From Fimbriimonadaceae bacterium (lineage in GTDB: Bacteria; Armatimonadota; Fimbriimonadia; Fimbriimonadales; Fimbriimonadaceae): DNA of 27,656 nt. Positions within the stretch are counted from its first letter, which is position 1. Every line of letters begins with the position of its first letter. A model generated the notes under the pieces. That model was not told the origin of the DNA. It searched no databases and saw only the letters and a program-made list of their open reading frames with translations. Of this stretch, positions 16,699 through 25,878 are shown one piece after another. The stretch covers positions 1-27,656 of the forward strand of contig DATLGQ010000003.1 in assembly GCA_035540435.1 (NCBI GenBank), read 5' to 3'. Made by a program: the position numbers and the translations under genes.

Positions 16699-17526
16699 CT
16701 ACAAGTTGCGGAGCCGTGCCGCCAGTCCCGCTGCCCCGATCTGCTCGAGGGTGTCCGCCCCTTCGCTCCAGTTCGGCTGAACTTGCGGCAGATCGGCTGC
16801 CAGGTCCCCACGCATAAGCACAATCTCGTAGAAGGTCTCCGCAAGTCTCACCTCCTCGGGTCGAGCCCACTGCTCCAAGACCCTTTGGAGGGTTCCATGC
16901 TTGAGCAACAAGGACGCCGCCGACTTCGGGCCTACACCCGGAAGCCCTGGAATCCGGTCCGAGCTATCGCCACTCAGCGCCTTGAAAGCTGGCACCTGCT
17001 CCGGCAAGACTCCCAGCCGGGCAACCACCTCACGGCAGTCGACTCGCTCGAGCTCGCGCTGACCCCGCTTGGGCGCGAGCACCGTGACCTGGTCCGAAAC
17101 GAGCTGATAAGCGTCCCGATCGGTCGTCAGGACGAGGCACGATCCGCCGGCTTCGACCTCAGCCCGAGCGGCTGAGGCCATCAGGTCGTCCGCCTCCGCG
17201 CCTGGCTGCTTGCCCACGCCCATTCCGCAAGCCTTGCAAAGGGCCGGCAGCAGTTCGAGCTGCTCGACGATCTCGGGGTCGAACACACGCCCCGTTTGAT
17301 AGGCCGGCCACAGCTTCGAACGGTAGGTGTCGACTCCAAGCGTATCCCACGCCACGAAGATGCCCCTCGGGTGCTCCTCCTGCCAGATCCTGGTGAGCAT
17401 GGAGAAGAACCCGACGATCGCATTGATTGGCCGGTCCTCGGCGCCGCGAACCGTCTTGGGAGTGGAATGATAGGCGCGGTGCGCCAAGTTGTCGCCATCG
17501 ACGATCAACAGTGGGGCGCCACCCAT
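16699..17526 (-). CDS. Stand-alone 5'-3' exonuclease / flap endonuclease (PolI N-terminal-like)
   Basis: LIVDGDNLAHRAYH, EADDL, TTDRD, H3TH motif GDSSDRIPGLPGVGPKSA. Start placed at ATG 17526. Confidence 0.88.
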   Translation of the reverse strand: MGGAPLLIVDGDNLAHRAYHSTPKTVRGAEDRPINAIVGFFSMLTRIWQEEHPRGIFVAWDTLGVDTYRSKLWPAYQTGRVFDPEIVEQLELLPALCKACGMGVGKQPGAEADDLMASAARAEVEAGGSCLVLTTDRDAYQLVSDQVTVLAPKRGQRELERVDCREVVARLGVLPEQVPAFKALSGDSSDRIPGLPGVGPKSAASLLLKHGTLQRVLEQWARPEEVRLAETFYEIVLMRGDLAADLPQVQPNWSEGADTLEQIGAAGLAARLRNL

Positions 17527-17543
17527 GCTGGAGAGTATGGCCG

Positions 17544-20291
17544 TTAACCTGTGCTCTGCATCGCGGCGGCGATACCCGCGATGCTTTGCAGCATCGCCTC
17601 GCGCCAAGGCCCAGATTGCTCCTCTTCGCTCAGCCGCTCCCACTCGTCCATGAGCGCGACCTGCAGGATGCTGAGTGGCATGACCGCCGGGTTGCGGAAG
17701 GCGACCGTACCCCGCACCACCTTCGCGGACTCGAGAAGTTCCGGCTGCTCCGTAATGGTTAGAATCGCTGCCCTCGTCCTTTCGAACTCAGACTCGATCT
17801 CGCGCTGCATCCGCTGCCCCAACTCTGGCGGCTGAACCCGCGCCGCGTAGAGCCTGGCGGTGGGCATGTGCGCCCGCGTCAGCTCCAACTGAGCGTTATC
17901 GAGCATGGTGCGGAAGAAGGGCCAAGAGCGGTACATCTGCCGCACTCTCGCCAAGCTCCCGGCATCATCGAGGACGCCCTCGAGCGCGGTGCCAAGGCCG
18001 TACCAGCCCACGAGAGTCGTCCGGCTCTGGACCCAGGCGAAGTTCCAGGGAATGGCCCGCAGCCCTTCGATCCCGCTGAGGGCCTTGCCCGGCCGAAACA
18101 CCGGGCGTGAGGCGATCGGCAGCAGGCTGATGTGCTCGATAGGAGTGGCTTGGGTGTAGAAGTCCCAGAAATCCGGGTCGTCGTAGACCAGCCGCCGATA
18201 AGCGGCCCGGGAACTCGCCTCCAGCGTGTGCATAAGGTCTCCATAGGCCGTCTCGTCTGCTCCCTCGCCGCATCCGGCGGCGGCTAGCATGACCGCGCTC
18301 ACGATCTGCTCCAGATGACGGTGCGCGATAGGGGGCAGGCTGTAGCGGAAGGAGATCACCTCGCCTTGTTCGGTGAAGCGAATCTGCCCACAGAACGACC
18401 CGCTCGGCTGAGCCAGGATCGCGCGGTTGGCCCTGCCACCTCCTCTGCCCACCGTGCCGCCACGTCCATGGAACAGCCGAATGTGAACGCCGCTCTCGCG
18501 ACTGACTTGAGCAAGCCGCGCCATCGTCGACTGCAGCGCCCAGTTGGCGGCGAGATAGCCCCCATCCTTGCTGGAGTCGCTGTATCCGAGCATGACCTCC
18601 TGGATGTCGCCGCGGGCGCGGAGGTGGCGACTGTAGGCGCCTCCTGAGAAGAGCGACCGCATCAGATCGCTGGATCGGGACAGATCATCGATCGTCTCGA
18701 ACAGCGGCACCACGTCCAGGTCGCTCTCCACCTCGCCGCCGGAGCTCACGCGCAACAGCCCCGCTTCCTTGCAGAAGAGCAGCACTTCAAGCAAGTCGCT
18801 CACTCCGTGCGTCATAGAAACGACGTAAGATGCGACACATGCCGCGCCGTATTCGGCTCTCGCGCGCCGGACGACGTGAAACACCTCCAGCACCCGGCTA
18901 ACCTCCTCGGGCGCCTCGTAGGAGGCGGGCAGCAAGGGGCGTGGACTATGGAGCTCGGCCTCGAGGAGCGCTATTCGAGCGTCCTCCTCCAAACTCAGAT
19001 AGTCCGAGTGGACGCCGGCTGCCTGCAGGATTGCGGCGAGCGCCTTGCCATGTTCGTCGCTGTGCTGCCGGATGTCCAGGGTAGCCAAGTGAAATCCGAA
19101 CGTCTCGACCTGGACGATCAGCTCCGCCAACCTTCCGCGGCGCGCGACCTCGCGCGCCCGGTTTGCCTCGAGACTGTGCTGAATAGTCCGCAGGTCCGCC
19201 AAGAGATCGTCCGAGTGCGGATACGCCCAGGCGCCGCCCGAAAGACTGTCCCGCAGCCTCTGCTCGACGCCCAGTAACATCTGGACGTAAGGCTCCTGTC
19301 CATAGCGCGTGCGCTGGTCGGGAGTCAGGAGTCCCCGCTCCACGTGCTTGGCGACCGCCTCGAGGAGCGGTTCGTCGGCATCCACGAGCTTCAGGCTTTG
19401 GGTCAACTCCTGTCGGAGCTCGGACGCATGGACCAGATGCATCTCCATTGCCCGCTGGCGGTGAGCCCGAAGCGTCTGCCAGCTGACTTCGGGCTTGACG
19501 TTGGGGTTTCCGTCGCGGTCTCCCCCGACCCAGGAGCGATAGACGATACGCAGCCTGGGGGGCTCACGAATGTCGTAGAGCTCCCTCAACGCGTCCGCCA
19601 GGTCCTCCTGAAGCCAGGGCACCACCTGAGCGATCGTGCCCTCGAAGAAGTAGAGGGCGTTGCGCACTTCCTCGCCGACGCTCAACCGCACCTCCCGCAT
19701 CTCGTCGGTTTGCCAAAGCGTTGTCAGCGTGCGCCGAATCTCAGCCAGCGATTCATCGCGCGCGTCGAGGGGCTGCGCCAGGGTGGGCCCACGCTCGTGG
19801 TCGGCCAAGGTGGTGGCGATGTGGCGCAGCTTGTCCAGCACCGCCTTGCGCTTGGCTTCCGTCGGATGAGCGGTGAGGGTAGGTGCGATTTCAATCCTTG
19901 CCAGCAGATCGCGCACTTCCCGTTCATCGAGCCCGCGACTGCTTAACTGGGCCACGGCGTCGTGGATGGACTCCCGCCGAGTCTCTCGCCTTTCCCGATT
20001 GACCCTCACGATCTCCTTCTGCTCGGCGATGTTCGCGAGCTGGAAGAAGGCCGTGAAGGCCCTGGCAAGACTCCTTATCTTGGCCGGATCTCGCAGTTCC
20101 GGATGCCGGTCAAAGAGCTCGCGGGGACTGGGTGCCTGCGAGGTCATGAGGGCGCGGGCGACATCGATCAGCCAGGGCCCCTCTTGCTCGTCGAGCGTCT
20201 CTCCCAAGATTCGATCGAGTATCACCAGATCTCGCGCGAGAGATGGGCTTAGTCCGTACTCCTCCGGCTTGACGTCCAGAAACGGCCTCAT
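17544..20291 (-). CDS. ppc: Phosphoenolpyruvate carboxylase (bacterial type)
   Basis: LTAHPTE, WVGGDRDGNP, DIRQHS, VPLFETI, QEVMLGYSDSSKDGG, FHGRGGTVGRGG, LRAIPW, IAAAMQSTG. Confidence 0.96.
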   Translation of the reverse strand: MRPFLDVKPEEYGLSPSLARDLVILDRILGETLDEQEGPWLIDVARALMTSQAPSPRELFDRHPELRDPAKIRSLARAFTAFFQLANIAEQKEIVRVNRERRETRRESIHDAVAQLSSRGLDEREVRDLLARIEIAPTLTAHPTEAKRKAVLDKLRHIATTLADHERGPTLAQPLDARDESLAEIRRTLTTLWQTDEMREVRLSVGEEVRNALYFFEGTIAQVVPWLQEDLADALRELYDIREPPRLRIVYRSWVGGDRDGNPNVKPEVSWQTLRAHRQRAMEMHLVHASELRQELTQSLKLVDADEPLLEAVAKHVERGLLTPDQRTRYGQEPYVQMLLGVEQRLRDSLSGGAWAYPHSDDLLADLRTIQHSLEANRAREVARRGRLAELIVQVETFGFHLATLDIRQHSDEHGKALAAILQAAGVHSDYLSLEEDARIALLEAELHSPRPLLPASYEAPEEVSRVLEVFHVVRRARAEYGAACVASYVVSMTHGVSDLLEVLLFCKEAGLLRVSSGGEVESDLDVVPLFETIDDLSRSSDLMRSLFSGGAYSRHLRARGDIQEVMLGYSDSSKDGGYLAANWALQSTMARLAQVSRESGVHIRLFHGRGGTVGRGGGRANRAILAQPSGSFCGQIRFTEQGEVISFRYSLPPIAHRHLEQIVSAVMLAAAGCGEGADETAYGDLMHTLEASSRAAYRRLVYDDPDFWDFYTQATPIEHISLLPIASRPVFRPGKALSGIEGLRAIPWNFAWVQSRTTLVGWYGLGTALEGVLDDAGSLARVRQMYRSWPFFRTMLDNAQLELTRAHMPTARLYAARVQPPELGQRMQREIESEFERTRAAILTITEQPELLESAKVVRGTVAFRNPAVMPLSILQVALMDEWERLSEEEQSGPWREAMLQSIAGIAAAMQSTG

Positions 20292-21565
20292 AGTCCATTC
20301 TGCCCGTGTGAGGCGTCGGTTGCGATCGGAACACCCTGTTTCCGGGTGGATGAAGCCTCGGAGGCCATGGCTTGTTCCAGCAGCTCCAACGTGTGCATGA
20401 CCCGCACGGCTCCTCCGTGTTCTCTCGAGGCCTGCTCAATCCAGGCGTGGCAGCCGGGATTTCCGCTCACCACGACTTGTGCTCCCGTAGAGACGATGTT
20501 CGCCCACTTGCGCTCCAGAAGCCGCCTCGCGATGGAGGGCTGCAGCAGGTTGTAGATGCCGGCGCTCCCGCAGCACATATCGCTCTCCGGAAGCGGTGTC
20601 AGCTCGATCCCGGGAATAGCACCCAGGAGGCTTCTCGGCGCATCGCGAACGCCCTGCCCATGGGCGAGATGGCAGGCGTCGTGATAGGCCACCTTGAGAG
20701 AGAGGGGCTCCGCCCCCTCGAGGTGGTGCACAAGACCTTCTCGGTGGAGGAACTCCGACGCGTCCATAACTCGCGACGAGAACCGGCGGGCGGGTTCGTT
20801 CTCCGCTATCAGAAAGTCATAGTGCTTCATCGTGGCTCCACACCCGGCTGCGTTGACGATCACCGGCAAGTCGTCGGGCATGGCAACCATCAGCTCCACC
20901 GCCCTCCGCCTCGCCTCGTCCAGATAGCCGTTGTGGGCGTGCAGCGCCCCACAACAGCCGGCGCTCGACTCTTTGACCTCATAGCCCACCCGGCGGAGCA
21001 GCCTGCGAGTGGACTCGTGAACGTCTGGGAACAGCACCCGCATGACGCACCCTTCCAGGAGATAGACCTCCCCCCGGACGGGTGGGAGCCGGCGATCATC
21101 CAGCGGCGGCCACCGGCGCTGCGGCTGGGGCCGAGGCTTGTCGGCTTCTGGCTTCTGGCCGGAGAGCAGCCGTGAGAGCACGCTTGGTATCCGCCTTCCG
21201 GGCAGCATCCGGCTCAGCAGCAACTGGGCCCTCAGAGTTGCGGGCTTCGTCATGCCGTCGAGCAGCATCCCCTTGGACCTATGAGGCTGCGCAACCTCCA
21301 GTCGCTGCCTGGTGATCTCCAGGATCTTGCCGTACTCGACCCCACTGGGGCAGGCGGTCTCGCAGGCAAGGCACCCCAGGCACGAGTCGATGTGCTGCTT
21401 GACCTGCCGGTCCCAATCCAGAACTCCTTCATCTGCGCTTCGGGCGAGGTAGATGCGGCCTCGGGGGGACTCCGTCTCGCGGCCCGTCACCACGAAGGTC
21501 GGGCAGGCTTCCAGGCAGAAGCCGCATCGGATGCAGTGCGACGTCAAATCCGAGAGTTCTTCCAA
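20288..21565 (-). CDS. glcF: Glycolate oxidase-type iron-sulfur subunit (GlcF-like; 2x[4Fe-4S] plus two CCG domains)
   Basis: CIRCGFCLEACP, ESPRGRI, CLGCLACETACPSGV, EGCVM, GCCGALH, AGCG, YHDACHL.HGQ, CCGSAGIYN, NPGC; TTG start with SD aagggaag. Confidence 0.88.
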   Translation of the reverse strand: MEELSDLTSHCIRCGFCLEACPTFVVTGRETESPRGRIYLARSADEGVLDWDRQVKQHIDSCLGCLACETACPSGVEYGKILEITRQRLEVAQPHRSKGMLLDGMTKPATLRAQLLLSRMLPGRRIPSVLSRLLSGQKPEADKPRPQPQRRWPPLDDRRLPPVRGEVYLLEGCVMRVLFPDVHESTRRLLRRVGYEVKESSAGCCGALHAHNGYLDEARRRAVELMVAMPDDLPVIVNAAGCGATMKHYDFLIAENEPARRFSSRVMDASEFLHREGLVHHLEGAEPLSLKVAYHDACHLAHGQGVRDAPRSLLGAIPGIELTPLPESDMCCGSAGIYNLLQPSIARRLLERKWANIVSTGAQVVVSGNPGCHAWIEQASREHGGAVRVMHTLELLEQAMASEASSTRKQGVPIATDASHGQNGL

Positions 21566-21707
21566 CTTCCCTTATCTTCGCATGAAGCGATCGTCGCCAA
21601 TGCAGCGCAGGCTCGAGCTTGCATCTCAGGCCAGGAGGATCGGGGCGTCGACCTCTGTTTCAGAGGGCTCGAACATTGGGGCCTTCCGGCTCATCCAAAG
21701 TTGCGAG

Positions 21708-22004
21708 ATGGAAGACCGGGATCATCAGATCGAGCTGCTTGAGACGGAGCTCAGGCACTGGGAGGAGCAGGCCGAGGTGGAAGAGCGCGCGAAGGCCGAA
21801 GCCAACACGAAGGCCACCGCCACGATCAGTCACTTGTCCACAAAGCTGGAGGAGGCCCGAAAGGCGCTGCAAGCTGTCAAGGAGGCTCCGCCAGATCAGT
21901 ACGAGGAATGCCTGGCTGAGCTGGAGGAGGACATCGACGACCTGCGGGACGCATTCAAGCGCCTGGACGAGAAGGCGATGACCGGCGGGCCCCCGCTTTC
22001 TTAG
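21708..22004 (+). CDS. Small acidic coiled-coil protein (resembles the sll1863-type stress protein family)
   Basis: MEDRDHQIELLETELRHWEEQAEVEERAKAEA...KLEEARKALQAVKEAPPDQYEECLAELEEDIDDLRDAFKR. Family assignment is recalled, not searched. Confidence 0.65.
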   Translation: MEDRDHQIELLETELRHWEEQAEVEERAKAEANTKATATISHLSTKLEEARKALQAVKEAPPDQYEECLAELEEDIDDLRDAFKRLDEKAMTGGPPLS

Positions 22005-22576
22005 CCGTAGACGCCGTCGAGGGCGGACCACATCGCTGCCGCAATGACCGCGCAGGCCGCCTTCGTCTTTCTGAACTCGTCATCCGACATTTCAGCGACG
22101 TAGTGGCGCAGCCTCTCGGCCTCCGCGAAGTCGGATGCATGCACCGCGAAGTACTCCTTGCCCGCGTCGGAGACCTGGTAGTGCTCGTTCAGGCCGTCCA
22201 GCTTGGACTGGGAGGTGTGGGGCTGCTGGGCTTCGAAGGCGTAGAGTGCGCCCACGGCTTCCGGGGCGGTGGAGAAGAGGTTCCGCGCGCTCGTGACCAG
22301 CGTCTCGGTCTGCGGCCGGCTGCTGGCGGCGCCCGAGCTGATGGCTAGCTGGAACTGCGCCCACAGCCGCTCGTGCACCCTTTCCTCCTCCGCAAAACCC
22401 TGTTCGCCGACCGTGTCCCAGCCCTGGGCAATCGTGCCGACGAAGCGGCCGTATTCTGCGGCGTAGTCGCGCAGCTTCTCGATGGGAAGTGTCCCCATCC
22501 GCCAGTCCTGGTAGAACGGGTGGCTGTTGAGGTCGAATTGAGCGATGAGGGCGTCGAGCTGGGCAATCCGGTCCAT
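22001..22576 (-). CDS. CADD/PqqC/TenA-like heme-oxygenase-fold iron-redox protein
   Basis: LNSHPFYQDWRMG.L..EKLRDYA.EY, EEERVHERLW, LYAFE.QQP, YFAVHASD; SD ggag before ATG 22576. Confidence 0.8.
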   Translation of the reverse strand: MDRIAQLDALIAQFDLNSHPFYQDWRMGTLPIEKLRDYAAEYGRFVGTIAQGWDTVGEQGFAEEERVHERLWAQFQLAISSGAASSRPQTETLVTSARNLFSTAPEAVGALYAFEAQQPHTSQSKLDGLNEHYQVSDAGKEYFAVHASDFAEAERLRHYVAEMSDDEFRKTKAACAVIAAAMWSALDGVYG

Positions 22577-22714
22577 GATGTTCTCCTGCGGCCCATGAGG
22601 ATACCGCGCCTCGACCAGGTGCGCAGCCCGCAAGCAGCCCGAGTTGGCTCCAGAAGCGACTTTGGTTACAATGCAGGAAGGACGCGGGCGAAAACGCGCC
22701 CGACGGAGGCATCG

Positions 22715-23581
22715 GTGGCCACATTCGACAGCCTATGGGACTACTCCCACCCGGCTCAGACCGAGGCGGTCTTCCGGGAATTGATCGCCACCACGCGTGG
22801 CGAAGAGCTCTGTGAGCTGCTCAGTCAGGTCGCTCGGGCACAGGGCCTGCAGCGCAGGTTCGACGAGGCGGCCGAGACACTCGATCAGGCGGAAGGTCTC
22901 CTGCAGGGGCACATGCCTCGAGCACGAGTACGCTGCATTCTCGAGCGGGGTCGACTGCTGAACTCTTCGGGCGACTCGATCGGAGCCAGGCACCTGTTCA
23001 TCGACGCCTGGCACTTGGCACGCGCGAACCGCTTGGACGGGTTGGCCGTCGACGCCGCTCACATGATTGCGATCGTCAGCGGCAACGAGGAGGCGAGAAC
23101 TTGGAATCGCCGGGCGATCGACCTTGCTGCCGGCAGCTCGGATCACGAGGCTCGGCGGTGGCTGGGCTCCCTCTACAACAATCTCGGATGGACGCTTCAT
23201 GACCAAGGTCAGCCGGAGGCGGCCCTAGACCTGTTCCAAAAGGCGGTGGACTTCCGCGAGGAGCAGGGAGATCGGGAAACGCTGCTCATCGCCAAGTGGT
23301 GCGTAGCTCGCTGCCTTCGCTCCATGGGACGAGTCGAGGAGGCGCTTGCCAGACAGTTGGACCTCCGAGGGGAGTACCGGCAGGATGGCAAGCGCAGCGG
23401 CTACGTGGAGGAAGAGTTAGCGGAGTGTCTGCGTGCGCTGGGGCGGCCGGGCGAAGCGACTCCGCACTTTGCGGTGGCTTACGAAGAGCTGTCGAAGGAC
23501 GACGTTCGAGGGGATCTCGAACCAGACCGGCTCGAACGACTGCGGCAGTTGGCCGAACCTGGCCGGGCGACGATCATCTAG
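22715..23581 (+). CDS. Tetratricopeptide repeat protein
   Basis: Helical repeats such as ARAQGLQRRFDEAAETL, SLYNNLGWTLHDQGQPEAALDLFQKA and ARCLRSMGRVEEAL; SD ggagg before GTG 22715. Confidence 0.85.
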   Translation: MATFDSLWDYSHPAQTEAVFRELIATTRGEELCELLSQVARAQGLQRRFDEAAETLDQAEGLLQGHMPRARVRCILERGRLLNSSGDSIGARHLFIDAWHLARANRLDGLAVDAAHMIAIVSGNEEARTWNRRAIDLAAGSSDHEARRWLGSLYNNLGWTLHDQGQPEAALDLFQKAVDFREEQGDRETLLIAKWCVARCLRSMGRVEEALARQLDLRGEYRQDGKRSGYVEEELAECLRALGRPGEATPHFAVAYEELSKDDVRGDLEPDRLERLRQLAEPGRATII

Positions 23582-23619
23582 TTACCGACGCCTGACCGGG
23601 CGAATCAAGGCATCGGGCG

Positions 23620-24618
23620 CTACCGCACCAGAAACAGCCGCCCTGAAGCGTTCTGGGAGGGGTCGGTGTTCTCTCCCAGGATGATCAGCTGACGGCCGCC
23701 TGCTCCTCGAGCCAACGCCAGCCCACGCGCGCGCCCCAGCGACGGGTGGGTGTAGCTGGCGACCTCTTGCCCGTCTACGCGACGGTACGCGCGCACTCGG
23801 CTGTTCGCCGCCGACCACAGCACATAGAAGAACAGGTTGTCTATGGCAATGCCTACTGGAGACTCACCGGCGGGTATCGACGTGGCCAACAGCGTCGCCA
23901 CTTGGGTCACAGCTCCCCCCTGCACCGTCACCTGTTGGACCCGAACGTCGGCTCCTTTGCGGCCGAGCAGCCAGAAGGACGCCCGCTGCGCGTTGGATTC
24001 CGGACCCAGGGCGGCATCCGCCAACGACTCGATGTCGTATCCTTGTCCGGACAAGGTCACCGTGGATGATGGCGCCAAGGTGGAGCGGTCGCGGATGGTC
24101 AACGACGAGTTGCCGAACGTATAGACCGGCCCGCTCGCATCTGCAACCACCACCCGCTGGGATCCCGGATTTACCACTGCCTGTCGAACGCCCGCCGGCG
24201 AGTATCTCGCCAACCCCGGCTCCTCGACGCTGCCGCCGGCTCCGCGATAGGTGAACATCGTCACAAAGAGCGCATCCGGAGCGACCGCGCAATCCCAGAC
24301 CTGCCGGAAGCTGCCCTGCCAGAACCCATCGTCCAAGAGGGCCGCAAAGCTTGGATTGACGGCTGAAGCGCTTGAGGCCAGTTCTAAGATCATCCCGGCG
24401 GGGCCTTGGATCGGGCTGTACCACACCGTCACTGCCAGGTCGCCGGAGGCTGCGACCGCGCCCTCGTAAGGGTCGCCGGCTTGGCCGCTCAGGGACCTAC
24501 CTGCGTGGACGATCCCCGCGAGCGGCGTGGACATCGATCCAGTAGCCCCTCCCCCTGCGCAACCCGACAGGAGGAGGCATGAGGCGACGAAGCAAAACGC
24601 CGGCGGGCGCACACACAT
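23620..24618 (-). CDS. Uncharacterised lipoprotein, beta-rich (paralog A)
   Basis: Lipobox LSGC followed by a Gly-rich linker; aligns by eye over its full length with the 24665-25714 product. Confidence 0.75.
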   Translation of the reverse strand: MCVRPPAFCFVASCLLLSGCAGGGATGSMSTPLAGIVHAGRSLSGQAGDPYEGAVAASGDLAVTVWYSPIQGPAGMILELASSASAVNPSFAALLDDGFWQGSFRQVWDCAVAPDALFVTMFTYRGAGGSVEEPGLARYSPAGVRQAVVNPGSQRVVVADASGPVYTFGNSSLTIRDRSTLAPSSTVTLSGQGYDIESLADAALGPESNAQRASFWLLGRKGADVRVQQVTVQGGAVTQVATLLATSIPAGESPVGIAIDNLFFYVLWSAANSRVRAYRRVDGQEVASYTHPSLGRARGLALARGAGGRQLIILGENTDPSQNASGRLFLVR

Positions 24619-24664
24619 GTAGAAGAAGACGAAGGCGCAGCCCCTCGAGACTGCGCATCTTCAT

Positions 24665-25714
24665 CTACCTGAACAAGAACACCCGTGCACTACCGGTGGA
24701 GTTGTTATCCGCGTTCTCTCCAAAGACCAGGAGCTGCCTCGCACTGCCCGAGTGCGCGATTGCTAGTGAAGCGCCGGTGCCGAGAGCCGGGTGGGTCAGC
24801 GTGTCGACTTCGGCGTTGTCCAGCCGCCGGTACACGTTGACCAGGCTGTTGGTCGAGGACAGCAACACGTAGTAGAACCCGCTGTCGACCGCGATCGCGG
24901 CGGGCGTGTGGCCAGCCGGCGGGGTCACGGTGAGGCGGGTAACCACGTTGGTGATCGCACTGCTCTGGATCGTCACCTCTTGCACCCGCATCTGCGCTCC
25001 CTTCATGCCCAGCACGAAGAAGACCGGAACCGTATCGGTCGATTCGGGCGCCAGGGCGATGTCGACGACCGAGTCCAGATCGAAGCCGCCTCCTACAAGC
25101 TGGACGGCGTCGACGGTGGCCAACGTCGTCCGGTCGCGGAAGACGATGCCCACGTTCGCCTGGTCGATGTCGACCGTGTAGACCGGGCCTGAATTGCGAG
25201 TCACTACCCGAACTCGGTTGCTCGAGGCGGCCACGTTGGCCACGGCTTGCCGGTCCCCGTTCGAGGCGTACCGGAGTAGCGCCGTCTGGTTGATCTCCAC
25301 GCTGGTGTCGTCGAGGTAGTTGTTGGTTGTGACGTAGACGTTGTCAGTGGCTATGGCGACGTCCCAGATCTCGCGCAAGGCGTTGCGATGGCTGTCGTCG
25401 TCGAACAGGCCAAAGGACGGTCCAGCGGCGGAAGCATTGGACGAGGTGAGGACTCTAAGCCCGGTGCCGCCCGCGGACGCGTCGTTCTCGTTGTATGCCG
25501 CGAAGACTGCCTGGTTGCCGTTCGCGGCCACCGCGCCGCTGAAACCGTCGCCGAAGTTGCCCGCGACTTCGGGGCCGATGCTGGAGACCCCCAGGAATGG
25601 GCTGGGATTGTTCGAGCCTCCACCTCCGCCTCCACCGCAGCCGCTCATGAGCCCTACGCCTAGAGCCGTGAACCCCAGCAACGCCGATCGTGTTGTGATC
25701 CCCTTGAGTTCCAT
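24665..25714 (-). CDS. Uncharacterised lipoprotein, beta-rich (paralog B)
   Basis: MELKGITTRSALLGFTALGVGLMSG-C-GGGGGGGS lipobox. Start at ATG 25714 (or 25729). Confidence 0.78.
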   Translation of the reverse strand: MELKGITTRSALLGFTALGVGLMSGCGGGGGGGSNNPSPFLGVSSIGPEVAGNFGDGFSGAVAANGNQAVFAAYNENDASAGGTGLRVLTSSNASAAGPSFGLFDDDSHRNALREIWDVAIATDNVYVTTNNYLDDTSVEINQTALLRYASNGDRQAVANVAASSNRVRVVTRNSGPVYTVDIDQANVGIVFRDRTTLATVDAVQLVGGGFDLDSVVDIALAPESTDTVPVFFVLGMKGAQMRVQEVTIQSSAITNVVTRLTVTPPAGHTPAAIAVDSGFYYVLLSSTNSLVNVYRRLDNAEVDTLTHPALGTGASLAIAHSGSARQLLVFGENADNNSTGSARVFLFR

Positions 25715-25878
25715 ACTGCATTCTGCCATAGCCTAACCCTGATAGAGGTGTCTGCCTCAGCAACGCAGCCTGTGGAAATGTCCAAACTTTTGCAACGCAT
25801 TGGGCTGTCAAAGAGACAGCACGTTCCTGGTTTCACGCGTTGGCGGAAGAGTCAAGGGGCATGCTTGCGAGGAGAGCG

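Noticed and set aside
38-17526. DNA-repair cluster (uvrA-C, CoiA, mutM, 5'-3' exonuclease)
   Set aside because: Spread over 17 kb among unrelated genes with no shared operon or visible shared motif.
21652-21666. cctctg-ttt-cagagg palindrome between glcF and the coiled-coil gene
   Set aside because: Only 6 bp arms and a single instance; plausible by chance.
25804-25820. gctgtc-aaaga-gacagc palindrome in the lipoprotein/dehydrogenase intergenic region
   Set aside because: Short, no second copy seen in the window, cannot be assigned to a regulator.
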